Of a stretch of 58,700 nucleotides of DNA, positions 50,315 through 58,700 are shown in pieces. This DNA comes from Bacteroidales bacterium. Lineage in GTDB: Bacteria > Bacteroidota > Bacteroidia > Bacteroidales > UBA7960. Below the pieces are notes generated by a model. It was not told the origin of the DNA, did not search any database, and saw only the letters and a list, made by a program, of their open reading frames with translations. The stretch lies in assembly GCA_019429055.1 (NCBI GenBank), contig JAHYJP010000002.1, forward strand, positions 1 to 58,700, written 5' to 3'. Position 1 is the stretch's first letter; each line of letters begins with the position of its first letter. The translations under genes were made by a program, and so were the position numbers.

Positions 50315-53300
50315 ATGAAAACAGATTTTTACTTGTCGGGAAATATCATTAAAATCATCTTAATGATTATTATGTTTTTTCCCCTTGCTTATTTAGAAAA
50401 ACTGCAAGCCCAACCTTCGCAGGGAGCAACCAATTTTTCGGTGTCTAATGTGGAAGGAGATCGTTTCAGGGTAAATTGGGTAAGTGGTACCGGAGAGAGA
50501 CGAATTGTTTTGGCCAGTGATGTGTCAGATTTTTACGGGAGCGGTATACCTGTAGATGGTGTAGATTATAATGCTAATAATTCCTTTGGACAAGGTGATC
50601 AGATTGGTACCGGCAACTTTGTTGTTTACAAAGGCACAGGAGCGAATGTTACTGTTAACAATCTGGACAGCTCCTCCACCTACTATTTCCGTATTTATGA
50701 GTACAATGGCAATGATTTTCAAACCCTTTACAACACTGATGATGTGCTTGAAGGCAACGGTACTACCCTTTCAGCTCCGCTTACAGGGCCTGATAACCTG
50801 ATTGTTTCTGATATTTTTGGAAACAGGGCCAGTATGTCATGGGACAGGGGAGATGGTAATAGAAATCTTGTAATTCTCAGGCAAGGAGCCATTCCCGGTG
50901 AACCGGTATTATATCAAAGCTACAACGGGAGTTCAATTTTTGGTAACGGCTCTGCTGTTGGCGGCGGAAGGGCTATTATTGCCGGGACTCAGAACTCCGT
51001 GAACATTACCAGTCTTCAGCCCAATACGTGGTACTATACACGGATACTGGAATATAACGGAGTAAATTATCCGGTTTATTCCTATGGTACAGCACTGGTA
51101 GATTCTTTTATGACAGCTACAAAACCTACCATTGGAAGTACGAATGCAAGTATCAGCAATGTCCAGGGAAATCGTTTTACTCTTGGATTTACATCCGGTG
51201 ACGGAACAAGGAGATTGATCGTTGTACGACAGGATGAACCCGTAGACTGGATACCAGCAGATGGTCTGGACTATAACGACAATGCAAACTTCGGACAGGG
51301 AGATGACCTGGGCAACAATACCTTTGTTGTCGGGCGGATTACGGGTTCATCAAGAGGCATTACCAATCTGACACCTTCAACGGTTTACCATTATGCAGTA
51401 TTTGAATTTAATGGCACAGACAACAATACATGGTATCTTACTGAGCCCGATCATGTATTAACAGGCCAGGTAGAAACACTTTCAGCCCCAACTGTGCAAG
51501 GTGGCAACTTTGAGTTTTCTGATATTACCGGTAATAGTATGTCTGTTTCTTTTTCCCCGGGCAATGGTAGCGGGAGGATTTTGCTTGTAAGGGCAGGTTC
51601 ACCGGTGGAAGACATCCCCCTTAACCTCGTTAGCTATTCATCCAATTCTAATTTTAATAATGCACCTTCCATAGGAAGTTCAAAGATTGTTTACCGGGGA
51701 AGTGGTACAGGCGTAAATTTGACTGCACTTCAGCCCGATACAGAGTATCATTTTGCCCTTTTTGAATACAATGGAAGTACAGGTCCTGTTTATAATCAAA
51801 ACAATCCCGGGGTAGATTCTGTAAGTACACTCGGAGCTCCCACTGTACCTCCTTCAAATCTGACTTACTCCAACATACAGGGTAACAGAATGACGCTTGG
51901 CTACAACGAAGGTAATGGAATAGGCCGTATTGTAATTGCCCGGCAGGGAGCTCCGGTAAATGCTTTTCCGCAGAACAATGTGAGCTATAACGCGAGTACT
52001 AATTTTGGTATTGGTCATGATCTGGGCAATGGAAATTATGTGATTCAGAATAGCACGAGCGGTTCCACTTCTGTTACCGGTCTTGTTCAGGAAACAACCT
52101 ATCATTTTGCTATTATTGAATATAACGGATCAGGAGAAAACCGCCTTTATATGATACCTGATTCCGCTCTTACAGGTAGCAGAGCTACATTATTTCCGCC
52201 TGAAGTACAGGCCAGTGAACTCAGTTTTACTGATATTACGCCCAACTCCGTAAGAATCAACTGGACCAACGGGAACGGAAACGGACGTATAGTACTCATA
52301 AGGCCAGGACAGCCTGTTACAGATTTGCCCAACGATCTTACATCTTATTCATCAAACAGTAATTATTCAAACTCACCTTCAATCGGATCATCCAGAATTG
52401 TTTACCGTGGCAGTGGAAATACAGTTAATGTTACCAATATTCCACCCGGGGAATATCATGTTGCCATTCTGGAGTATAATGGGAGTACCGGACCGGTTTA
52501 CAGGAGGGTTGATCCACTCACAGGCCAGGTTCTGGTTGGAGGCCCACCGGAAATTCCGGCTTCCAATATCAGTTTTTCCAATATTCAGGGAAATCGTTTT
52601 ACCACAAGTTTTACAACCGGAGATGGAATTTCACGCATGATCATTGCACGGCAGGGCAGTCCGGTTAATGCATGGCCGGTTGATGGTAATTCCTATACTG
52701 CAAATTCTACTTTTGGCAATGGAGCTCACCTGGGTAACGGAAATTATGTAGTTTATTCGGGCACGGGGTTGTCTGCAAGTATTCTGGGCTTACAACCCCA
52801 AACCACTTATCATATTGCCATTGTTGAATTTAATGGTTCAGGAGCTACGTCATTTTATCAAAATCCTGACATTGTAGCTACAGCTAGTCGTTCTACCTTG
52901 TTTCCTCCAATAGTGCCCACCTCCAGTATATTTGCCAATAATGTTACAGGCAACCGCATGCAACTTACCTGGACACGTGGTGACGGAACCGGCCGGATTG
53001 TTATAGGCCGGATGGGTCAGGAAGTGAATCAATATCCCGAAGATCTGTTTTCACCCTCCACCCACTCAAACTTTGGTAACGGTTATCACTTTGGAAATGG
53101 AAATTATGCTTTATATGCGGGAACCGGCGATAATTTTAACCTTACCGGTCTTGAACCCGATACTACCTACCACTTTGCATTTATGGAGTACAATGGTACC
53201 AGCGGTCGGGTGTATTTGCGCGATACCATTGCCCGTGCAGCTTTTAAAACTGCCGAGCGGCCTTTTGTTCCGGCTTCTAATCTGGCTGTCAGTAACAGAA

Positions 53301-56300
53301 ACGGTGACAGGCTTACTGTTAATTTCACAACAGGTAATGGGGCACGAAGACTTATAGTTTTCAAAAAGGATGATTTTGTGGATGCACTCCCTGAAGATTT
53401 TACAACCTATGCCACCGGATTTTTTGGTGAAGGTGCAGAAATAGGTAACGGAAATTATGTTGTGGGTATAGCCACCGGAACCAGTTCGCTTATCAGGGGT
53501 CTGGAGCCTGACACACGTTATGGAGTGGCAGTATTTGAATATGATGGTTCCAATGGCAATGAAAGATACATGGTAAATGAATACCTGACGGGTTTTGTGA
53601 GAACCTCCAGTCCTCCAGATATTCCACCCACCGGTTTAATTATAAGCAGCGTGGGTAATAGCGGAGCCAACCTTAGCTGGACCAACGGATCCGGTGAAAG
53701 AAGAATGGTGATCATGAGGCCATTTCAACCGGTTACCTTTCAACCCGAAACACTTAATAGTCATGGAAGTTCGTCAACGAACTTCAATAGTACTTTTAAT
53801 CATCTGGGTGAAGGCCATCGCCATGTTTACCGTGGTGCAAATGATAATATCACGCTTTCCAATATGGAGCCCGGTGTAACCTATCACATCGCCATTTATG
53901 AATACAATGGTCCAAACCAGCCGGTATACGGGCAGGTGCCTTTAACAGGATTCTTTACCACGCTGCCTGAACAAGGCATTGTAATAGGTGGTTTTGATGC
54001 CATAACTTTCTGCCCGGGTCAGACTTTCGCGGTACCCTATTTTTATGCTGGGAATCTGAATTCAGGCAATGTAATTTCTGTGGAATTGTCAGATCAGAAT
54101 GGGGATTTTACTAACCCAACACTTTTAGGTGCGCAGAATACCACAAACTCACAGGGTTTTGTTTCGGCATCCCTGCCACTGAGTCTGCCACAAGGCTCCG
54201 GATACCGGTTGAGAGCTCTGGCCAGTGATCCTGAAGAAATCAGTCCTGACAATGGTGCTGATCTGACAGTTTCAGATCCGCCGATACCCGAAATTGTTGT
54301 TGAGGGTGAATCAACGGAAAGTTGCGGTGAACCTGTTCTACTCTCTGTTTCTCAACCCGGATATCTTATTCAGTGGTATCGAAATGGTGCAGCTTTACCC
54401 TTTGGTACAGGAAGTACATGGCTGGCTCAAGTTTCAGGAAGTTACCAGGTAGGGATTTATGGCGCTTCTGAAGGATGCGAAACACTCTCTGAAGCTGTTT
54501 TAATAAATATTTCTGAAGCACCTGAGTTTGTATTGCCGCTTGATGATGTGTATTGTATGGATCAGGGAGCAGTATCTCTTGAAAATACCGAGCCACAGGG
54601 GGGTATATTTACCGGACCCGGAATATCCGGTAATTTCTTTGATCCTTCCCTGGCAGGTGTTGGCCAGCATCTGATAAACTATACTTATGTTGATCCTGAA
54701 ACACAGTGTGAGTTCAGTACAACTCAGATTGTACTGGTAGCAGCCTTACCAGTTGTAAATCTTGTTTTACCCTTTGAAACAATAAGCCAATTGGATAACC
54801 CCATTCCGCTGGATATGGGAGAACCTGCCGGCGGAGTTTATTTCCTCGGAAATAGCCAGGAAATCATAACTGCCATAAACCCCTCACAGCTTGAACCCGG
54901 TGAATACTGGTTGTTTTATGAGTTTACTAATGATAATGGCTGTTTGGGTATTGACTCTGCGCAGTTCTTTATTACCGAGCCGGCACAAATGGTGTTTGCA
55001 CCCGAACTCGATGCAGTATGCCAGAACTTCGGACTGTTGGATCTACCCGATGGTGAACCAGAAGGTGGCACCTGGTCCGGTGAATTTGTTATTGACAACA
55101 CATTTGATACAGAAGCAGCCGGAAGTGGCGATTTCTGGTTGAGTTACACAGTAGAACTGCAGGATGGATTCTTCCAGTCTGATTCTGCTCTGCTCACTGT
55201 CCTTCCGCTCACATTTACAGAATTGTCAGTAATACTTTGCGAAGGATCGGTTTATGAGATAGGTGATGAAACTTTTACTGAAAGTGGTTTGTATACCATT
55301 ATTCTGGGAGAAGCAGCCAACGGATGCGATTCAGTGCTTTACCTTGATCTGAATATCGGCCACCCTGATCTGACAATAACACAGGATATTGTTGTTTATC
55401 TCGATGAAAATGGTGAAGTTTCCATTTCACCGGATGATGTTTACAATGGTTCGCTTTCCGGCTGGGATATTGAAAGCATGACACTGAATATCCAGGATTT
55501 CTCCTGTGAAGATATTGGAGAAAATGCTGTTTATCTTACCATTACTGATGAAAATGGTAATCAGGCCTGTGGCAGCGCCCTGGTAACAATTGAAGATAAT
55601 CTTCCCCCGGTAGTTCTTACGCAAAATATTACCGTAGAACTGGATGAAAATGGTGAAGCTTTTATTAATGCTACTGATATTGATAACGGCAGCACCGATA
55701 ATTGCGGTATAGAATCTTTGGAGTTGAATATCACCGGCTTTACTTGTGCAAATGTGGGCGAAAATACAGTAATATTGACCGTTACAGATGTAAATGGCAA
55801 TTCTGCTGAAGCCACAGCCACCGTTACTGTGCAGGATAACCTGCCACCTGTGGTGATCGTTATGGATATTACAGTTGAACTGGATGGAAATGGTGAAGCT
55901 TTAATAACAGCAGAGGATGTGGATAATGGCAGTACCGATAATTGCGGTATTGAATCCATGGAACTGGATATTACCGGTTTCAATTGCGAAAATGTGGGCA
56001 TTAATGAAGTAACCCTGACAGTAACAGATGTTAATGGGAATTCCGGTTTTGCAACGGCGCAGGTAACAGTGGTTGATAACCTTCCACCGGTTGTGATTAC
56101 ACAAAATATTGTGATTCAGCTTGATGAAACGGGAGAAGCCGCCATTTCACCTGCCGATATTGATAATGGTTCCTTTGATAACTGTGGTATTGAATCCATG
56201 GAACTGGATGTGTATCTCTTCACATCAGAGGACGCAGGTGAAAACACTGTTACCCTTAACGTTTTTGATGTAAATGGTAACAGCGCATCTGAAACTGCTG

Positions 56301-56812
56301 TTGTAACAGTGCTGGAATTCATCGCCGACACCTATATTCTTACACTCATTGCCGAACCTGTGGAAGGGGGCACTGTTGATGGTGGCGGACAATATGAAGC
56401 AGAAGAAGAGATAACTCTTTCTGCGGTGGCCTCTGAAGGTTATGTTTTCCTGAGATGGGAAGATGAAGATGGCATCGAATTAAGCACTGAAGCCCAGTTT
56501 GTTTTTACTATGCCTGACAGCGATGTAACGCTCACTGCATTCTTTGATCTTGAAAACACAGTTGGTGATGTTTTTTCATCTCATCTGAAACTGTTCCCAA
56601 ATCCTGCAACTGAACAGGTGAATATACACGCAGGATTTGTGGTAAATGCCTTAAGAGTAACGGATATTACCGGAAAAGCTGTTTATTTCAGTAATTCTGT
56701 TCATTCTGATGAATATCAATTGAATGTTTCCGGGTTTGAACCGGGGATATATCTTGTGTCTCTGCAACACGATAAAGGCGTTGTAACGGTGAGATTAATG
56801 GTTACCAGATAA
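50315..56812 (+). CDS. Giant T9SS-secreted repeat protein (10 FN3-like repeats, Cys-containing Ig-like spacers, 4 HYR-like repeats, InlB B-repeat-like domain, type A CTD)
   Basis: Ten ~118-aa units P....N......GN.....W..G.G..R...L.P...YH....EYNG; four ~78-aa units P.V...NITV.LD..G.A.I...D.DNGS.DNCGIES; C-terminal LFPNPA...PG.Y. Confidence 0.85.
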   Translation: MKTDFYLSGNIIKIILMIIMFFPLAYLEKLQAQPSQGATNFSVSNVEGDRFRVNWVSGTGERRIVLASDVSDFYGSGIPVDGVDYNANNSFGQGDQIGTGNFVVYKGTGANVTVNNLDSSSTYYFRIYEYNGNDFQTLYNTDDVLEGNGTTLSAPLTGPDNLIVSDIFGNRASMSWDRGDGNRNLVILRQGAIPGEPVLYQSYNGSSIFGNGSAVGGGRAIIAGTQNSVNITSLQPNTWYYTRILEYNGVNYPVYSYGTALVDSFMTATKPTIGSTNASISNVQGNRFTLGFTSGDGTRRLIVVRQDEPVDWIPADGLDYNDNANFGQGDDLGNNTFVVGRITGSSRGITNLTPSTVYHYAVFEFNGTDNNTWYLTEPDHVLTGQVETLSAPTVQGGNFEFSDITGNSMSVSFSPGNGSGRILLVRAGSPVEDIPLNLVSYSSNSNFNNAPSIGSSKIVYRGSGTGVNLTALQPDTEYHFALFEYNGSTGPVYNQNNPGVDSVSTLGAPTVPPSNLTYSNIQGNRMTLGYNEGNGIGRIVIARQGAPVNAFPQNNVSYNASTNFGIGHDLGNGNYVIQNSTSGSTSVTGLVQETTYHFAIIEYNGSGENRLYMIPDSALTGSRATLFPPEVQASELSFTDITPNSVRINWTNGNGNGRIVLIRPGQPVTDLPNDLTSYSSNSNYSNSPSIGSSRIVYRGSGNTVNVTNIPPGEYHVAILEYNGSTGPVYRRVDPLTGQVLVGGPPEIPASNISFSNIQGNRFTTSFTTGDGISRMIIARQGSPVNAWPVDGNSYTANSTFGNGAHLGNGNYVVYSGTGLSASILGLQPQTTYHIAIVEFNGSGATSFYQNPDIVATASRSTLFPPIVPTSSIFANNVTGNRMQLTWTRGDGTGRIVIGRMGQEVNQYPEDLFSPSTHSNFGNGYHFGNGNYALYAGTGDNFNLTGLEPDTTYHFAFMEYNGTSGRVYLRDTIARAAFKTAERPFVPASNLAVSNRNGDRLTVNFTTGNGARRLIVFKKDDFVDALPEDFTTYATGFFGEGAEIGNGNYVVGIATGTSSLIRGLEPDTRYGVAVFEYDGSNGNERYMVNEYLTGFVRTSSPPDIPPTGLIISSVGNSGANLSWTNGSGERRMVIMRPFQPVTFQPETLNSHGSSSTNFNSTFNHLGEGHRHVYRGANDNITLSNMEPGVTYHIAIYEYNGPNQPVYGQVPLTGFFTTLPEQGIVIGGFDAITFCPGQTFAVPYFYAGNLNSGNVISVELSDQNGDFTNPTLLGAQNTTNSQGFVSASLPLSLPQGSGYRLRALASDPEEISPDNGADLTVSDPPIPEIVVEGESTESCGEPVLLSVSQPGYLIQWYRNGAALPFGTGSTWLAQVSGSYQVGIYGASEGCETLSEAVLINISEAPEFVLPLDDVYCMDQGAVSLENTEPQGGIFTGPGISGNFFDPSLAGVGQHLINYTYVDPETQCEFSTTQIVLVAALPVVNLVLPFETISQLDNPIPLDMGEPAGGVYFLGNSQEIITAINPSQLEPGEYWLFYEFTNDNGCLGIDSAQFFITEPAQMVFAPELDAVCQNFGLLDLPDGEPEGGTWSGEFVIDNTFDTEAAGSGDFWLSYTVELQDGFFQSDSALLTVLPLTFTELSVILCEGSVYEIGDETFTESGLYTIILGEAANGCDSVLYLDLNIGHPDLTITQDIVVYLDENGEVSISPDDVYNGSLSGWDIESMTLNIQDFSCEDIGENAVYLTITDENGNQACGSALVTIEDNLPPVVLTQNITVELDENGEAFINATDIDNGSTDNCGIESLELNITGFTCANVGENTVILTVTDVNGNSAEATATVTVQDNLPPVVIVMDITVELDGNGEALITAEDVDNGSTDNCGIESMELDITGFNCENVGINEVTLTVTDVNGNSGFATAQVTVVDNLPPVVITQNIVIQLDETGEAAISPADIDNGSFDNCGIESMELDVYLFTSEDAGENTVTLNVFDVNGNSASETAVVTVLEFIADTYILTLIAEPVEGGTVDGGGQYEAEEEITLSAVASEGYVFLRWEDEDGIELSTEAQFVFTMPDSDVTLTAFFDLENTVGDVFSSHLKLFPNPATEQVNIHAGFVVNALRVTDITGKAVYFSNSVHSDEYQLNVSGFEPGIYLVSLQHDKGVVTVRLMVTR

Positions 56813-56863
56813 TTTTGAATGCTTCTTTATAATTCTGGTTTTATAAAAATCAGTAATTTCAAG

Positions 56864-56903
56864 CAAAGGCCGGCTCCGAAATCATATAGCCGGCCTTTGT
56901 TTT
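56864..56903 (+). terminator. Intrinsic terminator
   Basis: CAAAGGCCGGCT...AGCCGGCCTTTG followed by TTT. Confidence 0.8.
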
Positions 56904-57005
56904 ACTTTTTGAGTGGCTTTAAAAATAATCTGATCTGAACCTTCCCGATTTTTTCATGTTATGATTACTTTTGTGTAATTACAAATTGATAAAATTCAAA
57001 TAATT

Positions 57006-58661
57006 ATGAGCTCAATCAAACCTTCATCCATAAAAATATTTCACCTTCTTATTCCGGTATTGCTTTTTGCAACGCTTATTTCCTGCACTACCCGCCAGCA
57101 AGCCGATCTGATCCTAACCCACGGAAACATTTATGCCGTGGATGATGATTTCGGAGTTTTTGAAGCCATGGCAGTCAAAGACGGGAAAATACTTGAAACT
57201 GGAAGCAATGAAGCTATTCTTGGGGCTTACAGGGCGCCGCAGGTTGTTGAGCTTGACGGGAAGTTTGTGTATCCCGGGTTCATTGATCCGCACAGCCATT
57301 TCATAGGGTATTCACTTAACCTGTTGCGGGCCAGTTTGTGGATGTCGGAATCCATGGAAGAGATAGTTGACCGTTTGCAGGCCCACAGGGAGACCATGAT
57401 GGGTGAATGGCTGCAGGGCAGGGGCTGGGATCAGAATCTTTTTGAAGTAAAGGAAATGCCTGATAATCATCTGTTGAACGAAGCTTTTCCGGATATCCCG
57501 GTTTATATCGTGCGGGTTGACGGACATGCGGCTGTGGCAAACGACAAGGCCCTTGAAATGGCCGGTATTACTTCTGATACAAGAGTTGAAGGTGGAGAAG
57601 TGCGCATTCGAGATGGCAAACCCACCGGCTTACTGATTGACCGGGCCATGTACCTGGTTTCTTCACTGATACCACCACCCAACCTCGAAGAAAAGATAGC
57701 ATTGCTTCAAAGGGGACAACAGGATATGTTTGCCGTGGGCCTCACTTCTGTATGTGATGCAGGACTTCCAAAAGAAAATATTTTATTGCTGGATAGTCTT
57801 TACAAAGCCGGAGAATTGGATATCAGGGTCTACGCCATGTTGAGCCCCTCTGAAGAAAACTTTGAATATTTTTTACCCAATGGTCCTTACATGACCGACC
57901 ATCTTACCGTAAGATCAGTAAAACTTTTTGCTGATGGAGCGCTGGGCTCAAGAGGTGCTTTGATGAAAGAACCCTACAGTGATGATTCCGGTAATTTTGG
58001 AATCCTTGTGGATGATATGGAGCTCATGCGCAGAGCCTGTGAACTTGCCCTTCAGCATGGCTTCCAGGTAAATACCCATGCCATTGGTGATAAAGCCAAT
58101 CATATTATGCTCAAAATGTATGCTGATTTTCTTGAGCCCGGAAACGATCTTCGCTGGCGTATAGAGCATGCCCAGGTGGTTGACCCCGCTGATTTTGATC
58201 TTTTTGGCGAGTTTAAAATTATCCCCAGCATCCAGACCATCCATGCCGTATCCGACATGGGCTGGGCGGAAGAACGCGTGGGTCCCGACAGAATCAGAGG
58301 AGCTTACGCATACCGCGATCTGATGAACCAGTTTGGTTGGTTGCCCAATGGAAGCGACTTTCCGGTAGAGCATATCAATCCGCTTTACAGCTATCATGCA
58401 GCATTTACCCGCACCGATCAGCATGGCAATCCCCAGGGGGGTTGGTATCCTGAACAACTTCTTACACGGGAGGAAGCTCTAAAAGGCATGACCATCTGGG
58501 CTGCCAAAGCCAACTTTGAAGAAGAAACCCGCGGCAGTCTCGAACCCGGAAAATTTGCTGATTTTGTCATTCTGGATGCTGATTTGCTGACTGTAGATGA
58601 AAATCTCATTTACAATCTGCCCGTGCTGGAAACATGGATTGGGGGGGAAAGAGTGTATTAA
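57006..58661 (+). CDS. YtcJ-like metal-dependent amidohydrolase (Amidohydro_3), lipoprotein
   Basis: Lipobox LISC; PGFIDPHSH, RVDGHA, VKLFADGALGSRGA, HAIGD.AN, RIEHAQ, GSDFPVE, GSLEPGK.ADFV. Confidence 0.92.
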   Translation: MSSIKPSSIKIFHLLIPVLLFATLISCTTRQQADLILTHGNIYAVDDDFGVFEAMAVKDGKILETGSNEAILGAYRAPQVVELDGKFVYPGFIDPHSHFIGYSLNLLRASLWMSESMEEIVDRLQAHRETMMGEWLQGRGWDQNLFEVKEMPDNHLLNEAFPDIPVYIVRVDGHAAVANDKALEMAGITSDTRVEGGEVRIRDGKPTGLLIDRAMYLVSSLIPPPNLEEKIALLQRGQQDMFAVGLTSVCDAGLPKENILLLDSLYKAGELDIRVYAMLSPSEENFEYFLPNGPYMTDHLTVRSVKLFADGALGSRGALMKEPYSDDSGNFGILVDDMELMRRACELALQHGFQVNTHAIGDKANHIMLKMYADFLEPGNDLRWRIEHAQVVDPADFDLFGEFKIIPSIQTIHAVSDMGWAEERVGPDRIRGAYAYRDLMNQFGWLPNGSDFPVEHINPLYSYHAAFTRTDQHGNPQGGWYPEQLLTREEALKGMTIWAAKANFEEETRGSLEPGKFADFVILDADLLTVDENLIYNLPVLETWIGGERVY

Positions 58662-58667
58662 AGTCCA

Positions 58668-58694
58668 TTGCCGTTGGCTTTAGCCAACGGGCAA
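58668..58694. repeat. REP-like palindrome / terminator
   Basis: TTGCCGTTGGCT-TT-AGCCAACGG(G)CAA directly after the amidohydrolase stop. Confidence 0.65.
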
Positions 58695-58700
58695 GAGGCA

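Overview
Chromosomal segment of a Bacteroidota genome, most likely Bacteroidales-like (inferred from TAnnTTTG promoter boxes, T9SS C-terminal domains, a FISUMP gene and lipoprotein signal peptides). Housekeeping genes (cysteine synthase, typA, ppdK, hisS, hutH, gcvT, sucC, an argR-argG-argH-proB'-proB-proA operon, pullulanase, an AbgT transporter, an amidohydrolase) are mixed with accessory loci: an RND efflux pump with a LytS/LytTR pair, two giant T9SS cargo proteins, a heme-motif lipoprotein and two decayed lipoprotein genes. I found no rRNA, tRNA, CRISPR array, transposase or phage genes. Three observations stand out. (1) A ~136-bp non-coding element occurs twice in the same orientation (3458-3592 and 13331-13467); identical scaffold blocks alternate with unrelated, length-conserved variable segments, as in a guide-type RNA, and no cognate protein is in the window. 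(2) A Mo/W locus (Mop, a tandem molybdopterin-fold lipoprotein, short ModE, a TonB-dependent receptor, WtpA) carries three copies of the palindrome CGTTATGCA-N5-TGCATAACG, suggesting ModE-controlled TonB-dependent uptake of Mo/W or its cofactor. (3) An ARG-box-headed operon couples arginine and proline genes and includes a degenerate ProB paralog. All product calls come from motif recognition by eye; no searches were run.
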